Origin: a virus
IMG/VR virus record: IMGVR_UViG_3300002461_000488
Span: 1-37,307 of that record
Length of the DNA stretch: 37,307 nt
Strand: one strand, 5' to 3'
The notes below the pieces were generated by a model, which ran no database searches, had not been told where the DNA came from, and saw nothing but the letters and a program-made list of their open reading frames with translations. Below are positions 17,202 to 25,438 of the stretch, in pieces. Both the position numbers and the translations under genes were made by a program. Every line of letters begins with the position of its first letter. Within the stretch, counting starts at the first letter, position 1.

Positions 17202-17291
17202 TTAAATTTTTGTTACAGCATACATACATAAAACAGTCCAAGAACCAAATACAATTATATATAATAAAAAATTTTTAATTTTATTTTTCAT
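17202..17291 (-). CDS. hydrophobic micro-protein (29 aa)
   Basis: Hand translation: MKNKIKNFLLYIIVFGSWTVLCMYAVTKI. RBS aaagga lies within the end of the upstream gene. Not in the ORF track. Confidence 0.4.
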   Translation of the reverse strand: MKNKIKNFLLYIIVFGSWTVLCMYAVTKI

Positions 17292-17296
17292 AATTA

Positions 17297-17728
17297 TTAT
17301 CCTTTATAACTTTTAGGGTTTAATATTTCACTTACAAAATTTACTGTTTCATTATTTTTATTAATAATTAATAATTCTTTATTTTTTTCTTTAAATTCTT
17401 CAAAATTTTTAAGTTTTCTATATTCAACAGTATTACCCATTTTTATAGCATTTTCTATACCACAAGCCATACCAGAACTAATACCTAAATCTGTATATAC
17501 AATTGTTTGATGAATTATTTTTCTAAACTCAAAACCAGCCTCAATACCAAAATTTCTTTCTTCTAAAATATTATCATCTAATATTTGTGTATAAAGTAAA
17601 TGTGATAAGTAAGGTGCCTCACCATTATATAAACACTCTTTCATACACTCACGAGCATAAAGTACATTATACTCTTGTTGTTTTACATTTTTATTGAAAA
17701 ATGGACTTTCTATTATTACTAATTTCAT
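17297..17728 (-). CDS. conserved phage protein, nucleoside 2-deoxyribosyltransferase-like fold family (DUF4406/DUF7768-type?)
   Basis: IIESPF...YARECMKECLYNGEAPYLSHLLYTQILDD...ERNFGIEAG...VYTDLGISSGMACGIENA matches a recurrent phage family as I recall it. RBS aaggagat. Confidence 0.5.
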   Translation of the reverse strand: MKLVIIESPFFNKNVKQQEYNVLYARECMKECLYNGEAPYLSHLLYTQILDDNILEERNFGIEAGFEFRKIIHQTIVYTDLGISSGMACGIENAIKMGNTVEYRKLKNFEEFKEKNKELLIINKNNETVNFVSEILNPKSYKG

Positions 17729-17759
17729 ATTATCTCCTTTTTTAATTAGTTATTTTTAA

Positions 17760-17785
17760 TTTACCAGTATAAAAATAAAAGTCAA
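17760..17785 (-). promoter_or_regulatory. class-A promoter on the minus strand with the 12-mer inverted
   Basis: The reverse complement reads TTGACTTTTATTTTTATACTGGTAAA. The 12-mer has the opposite orientation to the 14663 and 22996 copies. Confidence 0.55.
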
Positions 17786-17794
17786 TAACAAAGA

Positions 17795-17822
17795 TTGATT
17801 TATTTATTTGTTATGATATAAT
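17795..17822 (+). promoter_or_regulatory. class-B promoter TTGATT-16nt-TATAAT
   Basis: TTGATT at 17795-17800 and TATAAT at 17817-17822. Confidence 0.6.
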
Positions 17823-17853
17823 TTTTAAATATAATACCAAAAAGGAATTAAAA

Positions 17854-18285
17854 ATGGCACAATGGAAAAATGTTAAAAAAACATATCAAGTACAACAACA
17901 AATTTGGATTAAAGTTCCAAAAAATGCTGATGATTTTAAAGAAGAAAATATTAAAACAAAATTTGAAAATATTGATTGTTTTGAGTTTTTATTTCAACAA
18001 TTTAATAAAGAACAAATTTTAGACCTTGTTATAAATAATGGAGAAACAGAAAAAGAAACTGTTAAAAAACAATTTGGTAAATTTATAGATAATATTATTG
18101 ATTGGAAAAATATAAAAGTTAAAGATATTTTAAAAGATGATAATGAAGAATTATTAGATTTTGATAAAGAGGCTATTGATGAATTTTTTGCTGTAAATTT
18201 TTGGGTTATTCAATTTTTCATACACCAAGTAAATGAATCTGTTTCTGAAAGAAAGAATATTTTAACTACTCAAAAAAAAACATAA
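17854..18285 (+). CDS. tail assembly chaperone (G-like)
   Basis: Acidic 143-aa protein upstream of the tape measure gene. It ends just after an A9 run. Confidence 0.65.
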   Translation: MAQWKNVKKTYQVQQQIWIKVPKNADDFKEENIKTKFENIDCFEFLFQQFNKEQILDLVINNGETEKETVKKQFGKFIDNIIDWKNIKVKDILKDDNEELLDFDKEAIDEFFAVNFWVIQFFIHQVNESVSERKNILTTQKKT

Positions 18286-18650
18286 GTGATTATTACAATA
18301 ACTTATTAGAAATACCAGAAGATAAAATAAACGATCCTATATATGCCCCTTATTTAAAAGATATGGGGCTTTTCGACATTGAATTAACAGCAGAAAATCA
18401 ATCATTAGTTGAATTATATAATAGAGTTATAGATCCTACAAATCAATCAATCGATTGGCAAAGTTATATGATGTTTTGTTATTTGGAAGATTTTCCAAAT
18501 TGGAGAGATAATCAAGATATTATTTTACATATAAGAGATGTTTTAAATAATTATAGAAATAAAAGAAGTGAACAAAAGGTTGATAATAACAGTAAAAGTT
18601 TGAATAATGGAAGTAGTTTTGAAAAGATTAAAAAAGTAAATTACGATTAA
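17854..18650 (+). CDS. tail assembly chaperone GT-like fusion via -1 programmed frameshift at A_AAA_AAA (18273-18279)
   Basis: The -1 frame was checked by hand and is open from 18279 (NISDYYNNLLEIPEDKINDPIYAPYLKDM...) into the 18363..18650 ORF, which has no RBS of its own. Confidence 0.6.
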
Positions 18651-18661
18651 AGGATTATTAT

Positions 18662-19354
18662 ATGGCAACAAGTGGAACAACAAGAATAAATACAAAAATA
18701 AAAGGTTTATTAACAACTGATGGATTTAAAAAATATGCTCAAAGTATTCAAAGAGAAAAAGACAGAGCATATAAACAAGCAATACCACAAGCAGTAAAAG
18801 AAACTAAAAAAGAATTAACAAGTAAAGCAAGAGGTTCTTTTAAAGTTCAAAGTAAAACTTTTGCTGGAATGTTTACGGCTAAAAAATATGATAGTAAAAA
18901 AGATAAATTACCAGCCGTTTTATTTTTTACAAGATCAAATTATTTTTCAATATTTGAATTTGGTGGTAATATTAAACCTAAAAAAGCAAAAGGTTTATTT
19001 ATTCCTTTCCCAATTGACGGTAAAAGCCCATATCAAAAAAGAAATGGTAAAAAGAATTTTAAAACATTATTAGAGAATTTAAAAAAACAAGGTAAAACTT
19101 TTTGGAAAAAAGTTAACGGTAATTTAATTTTATATGCAATTATTGATAAAAGTAATAGTAAAAGTTTAACTAAATATAGAAAAAGTTATAAAACAAGAAA
19201 TAGTTTAAAACAAGTAAAGAGTGGTACACCAATTCCAATGGGTGTTATGAAAAAAAGTGTATCAATTCAAAGAAGATTTGCTTTTTCAAGTATAGCAAAT
19301 CAAACATATATACCAAAAGTTATTAATTCTTTTGAAAGTAATATTAATTTATAA
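18662..19354 (+). CDS. basic hypothetical protein inserted between the chaperones and the tape measure gene
   Basis: 230-aa K/R-rich ORF. RBS aaagga. Confidence 0.5.
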   Translation: MATSGTTRINTKIKGLLTTDGFKKYAQSIQREKDRAYKQAIPQAVKETKKELTSKARGSFKVQSKTFAGMFTAKKYDSKKDKLPAVLFFTRSNYFSIFEFGGNIKPKKAKGLFIPFPIDGKSPYQKRNGKKNFKTLLENLKKQGKTFWKKVNGNLILYAIIDKSNSKSLTKYRKSYKTRNSLKQVKSGTPIPMGVMKKSVSIQRRFAFSSIANQTYIPKVINSFESNINL

Positions 19355-19403
19355 CTTTAAAATCAAAAATTTTTTAACTATAATAAAATAAAAGGTAAAT
19401 AAA

Positions 19404-22400
19404 ATGGCAAGTAATAGATCGCAAATTTATATAGATACGGTTGATAATTCAAGTAAAGTTATACAAGACATTGCCAAACAAATACAGGCATTGCAAGGTA
19501 GTTTACAAACTATGGGTAATAGTTCACAAAGTGGATTTAACCAAATGAATAATAGTTTAAACAGACAAATTGGATTATTAAGTAGTATTAATTCACAATT
19601 CCAAAATTTAGGTGGTACTTTAATGTCAACGGCTGGTAGAATGCTTTCTATTGCTGGTGCTGTTTTACTTGTTAAAAATGCTGGCGAAGAATTAATAAGT
19701 TTATTTAAACAAGGTGTAGAAATAAATATACAAACAGAAACTACTAAAATTGGTATTGCTGGTTTAGTAGCAACACTTTATGACTTTAAAAAAGGTACAG
19801 AAGAAATTACAGGAATGGATAAATTAAATACTTCTCTTGTTTTAACAGAGAGTATTATGAAAAGATTACGTATTAGTGCTATTGAAACTGGGGCAAGTTT
19901 TGATGAGGTAGTTGAGGGTTATCGTAATGCAGTTGGTGGAGGTGCAAGGCTTGGTATTGACCCATTACAATTAGAAAAAATATCAACACAAGTAGCAAAT
20001 GCGGCCAAAGGTTTTGGATTAGATAAAGGACAGACTGGACAAGAAACAAGAGCCTTATTTACTGGTAAAATTGATAAAACAGCAACCATTGGTATGAACT
20101 TGGGATTTGGCCCAGGTGGTGCTTATCAAAAAGAATATAAAGAGGCACTTAAAAAAGGTGGCGATGATTTTGTTAAATTTTTAGAGGGTAGATTAGAACA
20201 ATTTGCTAATGCTGGTAAAATTTATGCTAATACTGTTGGTGGTATTTTTGATCAAATTGGAGATACTGTAAAATTATATAAAGGAGATATTGCAAGTGGT
20301 TTAAGTGCAGAATTATTAAAATTAAAACCTATTGCAGATAGTTTATTTAAAAAAGGAGATTTTAACTCTGATTTAGATGGATTAACAGCAACACTACAAA
20401 CAATTGGTCAAATTATTGGCGAGAATTTAGTTGGTGCTTTTAAAAGTGTTATTGATGTTGTTTTTGAAATTTCTGATTATCTTAGTCAAGATCAAACTTT
20501 AATTAATTCTCTAATAGAGGGTGTTGGATTATTTGGAGATATATTTTTAAGTGTTGCTGATATTGTAGGTTCAGTATTTGGACTATTTGGCGATATTGTA
20601 ACTTCTGTTGCAAGTCTTGTTGGTATTACACAAGAAGAGGGTAAAGAATTAAACGGTATAGAATTAACAGTAAAAATTATAACTGGTGCTGTTGCAAGTT
20701 TAGGTATAGCATTTGGTTTAGTTAAAGATATTGTAAGTGTTCTTGCAAGTTCAATACGTTTAATTTTAGGTGGTGCTATTGATTTTGTTATGACAACTTT
20801 TAATAATTTTGTTGGTGCAGTTGGAAGAACAGCAGGCCGTTTAGGTTTAGATAATGTAGCAAAAGATTTAGATGCTTTTCAACAAAAAGTTGCTAAAAAT
20901 AAAGAGAGTGCTATGCAAACTATTATTGGTGCTGATAATAAATTATTAAATTTACCAGGTATTGATGCAAGTGCTGGCGAAAAATTAAATGCTTTATTTA
21001 ATAATACAGTAAAAGCATTAGATAAAGGTGCTGAGGCTTTTGATAAAGCAAATAATAAAGAAAATTCAAATGTTAAAAAATATTTAGAAAATATGAAAAT
21101 TAACAGAGAAAAGGCTGGAAAAATAGATCCTCGTATTGCTGGTGTTAATTTTTCTTCTAATGCAAAAGGTGGAAAAGATGAAGATGGTAAAGGTGCTGGA
21201 AGTAAAGGCAATGATATTACTAATGAACTTTTAAAAGGTTATCAAAAAGAATTAGAGGCATTTCAAAAAGGTAATGATTTTAAAAGAAAAGAAAACGAGT
21301 TATTTTATCAAAACTATAAAAAGACAGTTGAACAATTTTATAATGAAAAAGAAACATTAGATGAGGCTGACTATAAAAAACAAGTTGAAACATATAATAA
21401 AGAAATTGCAGTAGTTAACCAAGTTTTAGGAACAAGAAAAACTAAAAAAGAAAATGAGGCAATGGAAGTTAAACTATTAGAATTAATTAATAAAAGGGCT
21501 AATGCTGAAAAAGAATATAATTTAAGAGTTCAAGAAACTATATTTGCAAGAGAAAAAGATTTAAGAAAATTACAAGAAACTATTGATAATTTTAAATCTG
21601 GTATTGCTGAATTAACTGGTAATAAATTTAAATCAAGTAAAATTGTTTTAGATATTGAAATAGGTAAATTAAATTTAGAAAATGCTAATAATCCAGAAAT
21701 GTTAAAATTAATTCCAATTTATGAAGAATTGAAAAAATTTAAAATTGAACAAGAACAACAAAATGCTTTATTAAGTTTAAGTGAAAGTAATTTAAACTTT
21801 TTAAAAGAAAGTGGATCTTTAACAACAATAGATTATTACAAAGAAATTGGTAAATTAAATGTTTCAAGATTAAAACAATATCAAGAAGAATTGGCACTAA
21901 TTGAAAAGTTGGCACCAGGAGAACAAGATAATGTAAGAATTAAAGAATTACAAAATTTAATAACTCAAACAAGTGCTAATTTAAACCCATTGGCAAAAGA
22001 AATATCAAAAACATTTCAAGATAGTTTTGGTACATTTTTTAGTGATGTAATTGGTGGTACAAAATCTGTAAAAGACGCATTTAAAGATATGGTAGGAAAT
22101 ATTGAACAAATGATTTCAAAACTTGTTGCTCAAAAACTTACACAACAAATATTTGGTGGTGGAGATTCTGGTGGTGGTTTATTAGGTGGCTTACTTGGTG
22201 GTTCAAGTGGTGGAGGTGGTGGTGACTTCTTTGGACAAATTGGTGGTTTTGTTTCTTCTTTATTTGGGGCCGCAACTGGTGGATTTATGGAGGCTGGTGT
22301 TCCAAGAAAAGTTGGAGAGGGTGGAACAGAAATTTTTATACCAAGCACAAGTGGTTATATGATGAATGCAAGTAGAAGTGCTGAATTATTAAATGGTGGT

Positions 22401-22529
22401 CGTTCTGGTGGTGTAACTAATATTAATGTTTCATTACAAACACCTAATGCAACAAGTTTTAATAATTCTGAGGGACAAGTTGGAGCAATGTTAAATAATG
22501 CTTTAAGAAAAGCCCAAAGAAATATGTAA
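19404..22529 (+). CDS. tape measure protein
   Basis: 1041 aa with hydrophobic G/A/V-rich central segments, long coiled-coil regions, and a C-terminal Gly-rich tract GGGDSGGGLLGGLLGGSSGGGGGDFF. Confidence 0.85.
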   Translation: MASNRSQIYIDTVDNSSKVIQDIAKQIQALQGSLQTMGNSSQSGFNQMNNSLNRQIGLLSSINSQFQNLGGTLMSTAGRMLSIAGAVLLVKNAGEELISLFKQGVEINIQTETTKIGIAGLVATLYDFKKGTEEITGMDKLNTSLVLTESIMKRLRISAIETGASFDEVVEGYRNAVGGGARLGIDPLQLEKISTQVANAAKGFGLDKGQTGQETRALFTGKIDKTATIGMNLGFGPGGAYQKEYKEALKKGGDDFVKFLEGRLEQFANAGKIYANTVGGIFDQIGDTVKLYKGDIASGLSAELLKLKPIADSLFKKGDFNSDLDGLTATLQTIGQIIGENLVGAFKSVIDVVFEISDYLSQDQTLINSLIEGVGLFGDIFLSVADIVGSVFGLFGDIVTSVASLVGITQEEGKELNGIELTVKIITGAVASLGIAFGLVKDIVSVLASSIRLILGGAIDFVMTTFNNFVGAVGRTAGRLGLDNVAKDLDAFQQKVAKNKESAMQTIIGADNKLLNLPGIDASAGEKLNALFNNTVKALDKGAEAFDKANNKENSNVKKYLENMKINREKAGKIDPRIAGVNFSSNAKGGKDEDGKGAGSKGNDITNELLKGYQKELEAFQKGNDFKRKENELFYQNYKKTVEQFYNEKETLDEADYKKQVETYNKEIAVVNQVLGTRKTKKENEAMEVKLLELINKRANAEKEYNLRVQETIFAREKDLRKLQETIDNFKSGIAELTGNKFKSSKIVLDIEIGKLNLENANNPEMLKLIPIYEELKKFKIEQEQQNALLSLSESNLNFLKESGSLTTIDYYKEIGKLNVSRLKQYQEELALIEKLAPGEQDNVRIKELQNLITQTSANLNPLAKEISKTFQDSFGTFFSDVIGGTKSVKDAFKDMVGNIEQMISKLVAQKLTQQIFGGGDSGGGLLGGLLGGSSGGGGGDFFGQIGGFVSSLFGAATGGFMEAGVPRKVGEGGTEIFIPSTSGYMMNASRSAELLNGGRSGGVTNINVSLQTPNATSFNNSEGQVGAMLNNALRKAQRNM

Positions 22530-22544
22530 TATTTTAAATAAAAG

Positions 22545-22571
22545 AAAAACCCCTAATTTAGGGGTTTTTTT
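22545..22571. terminator. bidirectional terminator AAAAACCCCTAATTTAGGGGTTTTTTT
   Basis: Same core sequence as the 14224 copy, between convergent genes. Confidence 0.75.
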
Positions 22572-22582
22572 ATTTAAGTTTT

Positions 22583-22966
22583 TTAATCAATTATTTTCCA
22601 TATTTCTAAATTATCTATTTCTATATTAACTCTTTGTATTACTGTATTTAAATTATTATTTAATAAATTTTTAATAAGTGAAACTTTATATTTATTTATA
22701 CTTGTTTCAGTTAATAATTCTTTTTGTAATCTAAAAAAAGAATTAAAAAATTTATAATCCCATAAACCAAACTCAATATTATTTAATTTATTACTAAATT
22801 CAGTATAAGAAAAATTATCATTATTTATAAATTTTTGTAAATCTTCCAATTGTTTTAAAGTTATCTTTAAAATTTTACTTTTTTGTGTTTCTTTTCTAAA
22901 AACTTGATTTTCAGTTTTATCAAACTGTGTATTAAAATAAAAATCATCATATCTTGTATTTCTCAT
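22583..22966 (-). CDS. hypothetical protein (127 aa), antisense accessory gene
   Basis: RBS taggag, its own class-A promoter and a terminator. No motif recognised. Confidence 0.55.
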   Translation of the reverse strand: MRNTRYDDFYFNTQFDKTENQVFRKETQKSKILKITLKQLEDLQKFINNDNFSYTEFSNKLNNIEFGLWDYKFFNSFFRLQKELLTETSINKYKVSLIKNLLNNNLNTVIQRVNIEIDNLEIWKIID

Positions 22967-22995
22967 ATAAACTCCTATTTATGTTATATTTTTAT

Positions 22996-23023
22996 TTATA
23001 CTGGTAATTTTTAAAAAAGTCAA
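22996..23023 (-). promoter_or_regulatory. class-A promoter on the minus strand
   Basis: The reverse complement reads TTGACTTTTTTAAAAATTACCAGTATAA. Confidence 0.6.
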
Positions 23024-23110
23024 GTTTAAATTAATAAAAATACATAATATAGAAAATAAAGATTTATTTTTGTATAATTTATGATATAGTATTTTAAAAG
23101 GATAAATAAA

Positions 23111-23995
23111 ATGGCTGATGTATTTTATAATGTAGTATTACCAGATCAATATTCCTATGGTGCAACTTTTGGCCCAAGGTTTAAAACTAATATTGTGATG
23201 GTTAATTCAGGAAAAGAACAGAGAAATGCAGACTGGCAAGATGCATTGTGGGAAATATCAATAAATTATACAACAAAAAGAAAAGAAGAAGTACAAGATA
23301 TTGAAAATTTATTTTTACAAACAAAAGGCCCTTTAATTCCTTTCTTATTTAATAGTAAAAAAGATAATGAAGTTACTTTAACACAAGGTATAGCAAATAG
23401 TGATGGAGTATTAAAAGGTCATCCAAAGTTTAGATTATTTAAAACTTATGTTTTTGAACCAAGTTTTACTAAATATAATAAAAGAATTTTTAAACCCGTT
23501 CCAGCAAGTGTACAAGTTTATAATAATGGTGTATTAACTGGTTGGACTGTTGATTATTTAAACGGTACTGTTGAATTACCTGTAATTTCAAGTAAAGAAA
23601 TAACAGCAATAACAAAAGCAACTAATGGACAAATTACAGCAATTGGACACGGTTTTACAACAGGTAATAAAATTTATTTAGATAATATAACTGGAATGAC
23701 ACAATTAAATAAAATGGTTGTAACTGTTGTTAGTGTTATTGATGCAGATAATTTTACAATAAATATTAATACTTTAAGTTATTCAACTTTTACATATACA
23801 GCATTAACAAGTTATGCAAAAAAATATATAACTGGAACAGAAAATATAACTTGGTCTGGTCAATTTTATTTACCAGTTCGTTTTAAAGAAGATGTTATAA
23901 CTACAAGTTATGATACTTTTAATTCTTTATCTGTTTCTGTAACACTTGTAGAATTAAGATTAGATGAAGTAAATGAAGAACAATTGGACGATTAA
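23111..23995 (+). CDS. distal tail protein, DUF2460 / RcGTA g12-like
   Basis: N-terminal LPDQYSYGATFGPRFKTNIVMVNSGKEQRNADW matches the DUF2460 (TIGR02217-type) signature as I recall it. Confidence 0.7.
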   Translation: MADVFYNVVLPDQYSYGATFGPRFKTNIVMVNSGKEQRNADWQDALWEISINYTTKRKEEVQDIENLFLQTKGPLIPFLFNSKKDNEVTLTQGIANSDGVLKGHPKFRLFKTYVFEPSFTKYNKRIFKPVPASVQVYNNGVLTGWTVDYLNGTVELPVISSKEITAITKATNGQITAIGHGFTTGNKIYLDNITGMTQLNKMVVTVVSVIDADNFTININTLSYSTFTYTALTSYAKKYITGTENITWSGQFYLPVRFKEDVITTSYDTFNSLSVSVTLVELRLDEVNEEQLDD

Positions 23996-23998
23996 TAT

Positions 23999-24880
23999 AT
24001 GCTTACAATATCAAATAATTTAAGAAATAGAACAATTGGTAATCAAGTTTTAACATTAGGAACTTGTATTAAAATTGTTTTAAAAAATGGTAAAAAACTT
24101 GGTTTTACAACTCATACAAGTAATGTAAGATTTATAGAAGAACCAGAATTAATATATTATAGTAAAGGTTTTACACCTACGGCTATTTCAAAAAATAATG
24201 AAATGTCTGTCGATAATGCTGATGGTCAAATGATTATTGATAACACAAATGTTTTACAAAGTGATTTAGAAAGTGGTATTTATAATAATGCTTATTATGA
24301 ATTATGGGATTTTGATTGGACTTTAAAAACAAATGGTTATTATTCTTATAATGATAGATTAAGAGATATTAACGGAACAATTGGAGAAGTAAAAAGAGAT
24401 AAACTACAATATACAACAGAATATAGATCTCTTGCTCAATATCTTGCAACTACAATAATTGATTTATATAAAGCATCTTGTAATGCAAATTTTGGAGATG
24501 CTCGTTGTGGTAAAGATTTATCAACATTAACTTTTACTGATTCTGTTGGTGCAGTTATAAAAAGTAATGAGTTTATTGTAAATACATTAACACAAGTTGA
24601 TAATTTTTATAATAATGGAATTGTTGAATTTACAAGTGGAGATAATATAGGTAAAAAATATAAAATAAAATCTTGGATAAATTCAACAAAAACAATTATT
24701 TTACAAATGCCAATGAATTACCAATTACAAGTTGGAGATACAGCAATTTTTGTTGCTGGTTGTAATAAAGATAAAACAGATTGTAAATTTTTTGGTAACT
24801 ATGTTAATTATAGAGGTTTTATGGAAATACCAGGTTTAGATTTTATATCAACTGGTGGTGGTACAAAAATTAATTATTAA
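23999..24880 (+). CDS. tail hub protein, DUF2163 / RcGTA g13-like with BR0599-type C-terminus
   Basis: C-terminal CNKDKTDCKFFGNYVNYRGFMEIPG matches the C..C..F.N..N(F/Y)RGF..IPG signature. Confidence 0.7.
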   Translation: MLTISNNLRNRTIGNQVLTLGTCIKIVLKNGKKLGFTTHTSNVRFIEEPELIYYSKGFTPTAISKNNEMSVDNADGQMIIDNTNVLQSDLESGIYNNAYYELWDFDWTLKTNGYYSYNDRLRDINGTIGEVKRDKLQYTTEYRSLAQYLATTIIDLYKASCNANFGDARCGKDLSTLTFTDSVGAVIKSNEFIVNTLTQVDNFYNNGIVEFTSGDNIGKKYKIKSWINSTKTIILQMPMNYQLQVGDTAIFVAGCNKDKTDCKFFGNYVNYRGFMEIPGLDFISTGGGTKINY

Positions 24881-24891
24881 AAGGTTAAGTT

Positions 24892-25380
24892 ATGAATAAA
24901 AGTAAACGTGATGTTTTTGTTAATGAAAGTTTAAAATATGTTGATGTTGGTTTTGAACATCAAGGAAGAAATTTATTAAAACATAAAATTATAAAAAAAG
25001 AAGATAAGAAAAAATTTAAACTTGATTGTGCTGGTTTAGTTATTGAAACAATGAGTGATACAAATTTATTACAAGATGGTCAAGATTTAATATTTACAAA
25101 TTATTCTCGTATTCCTGACGGTTCTTCTCTTGTAAGTCATTTAAATAATAATTGTGATATTAAAAATTGGGAAACATTACAAAAAGGAGATATATTACTT
25201 ATGGCTTTTGGTGGTAATGCAACACACTTGGCAATATATTTAGGAGATTATTTAAATATTGGAGCAGATTATATTATACATAGTTATATTTTAAGTCGTA
25301 AAGTTATTATACATAGATTTGACAGCCAGTGGAAAGAAAAAGTTGTAGGTATTTATTCTTTAAAAAATATTGATAATTAA
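24892..25380 (+). CDS. NlpC/P60 (C40) peptidase, RcGTA g14-like
   Basis: LDCAGLV (catalytic Cys) and THLAIYLG (His). Its position matches the GTA-type tail module. Confidence 0.7.
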   Translation: MNKSKRDVFVNESLKYVDVGFEHQGRNLLKHKIIKKEDKKKFKLDCAGLVIETMSDTNLLQDGQDLIFTNYSRIPDGSSLVSHLNNNCDIKNWETLQKGDILLMAFGGNATHLAIYLGDYLNIGADYIIHSYILSRKVIIHRFDSQWKEKVVGIYSLKNIDN

Positions 25381-25438
25381 AAACTATCAAATTAAGAAAT
25401 TTTTAAATATAATTATAAAGAAATAAAGGAAGATTATT

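Noticed and set aside
18363-18650. 95-aa ORF treated as an independent gene
   Set aside because: It has no Shine-Dalgarno sequence. It lies in the -1 frame of the upstream chaperone, with an open connection from the A_AAA_AAA site, so it is better explained as the T part of a GT frameshift product.
22130-22260. The Gly-rich tract of the tape measure protein as a collagen-like or separate domain gene
   Set aside because: The run is irregular (GGGDSGGGLLGG...) with no G-X-Y periodicity, and such tracts are common near tape measure C-termini.
20879-22348. Minus-strand ORFs (20879..21211 and 22130..22348) inside the tape measure gene
   Set aside because: These are antisense frames of the Gly/Ala/Lys-rich sense sequence (a P/S-rich mirror product) with no expression signals.
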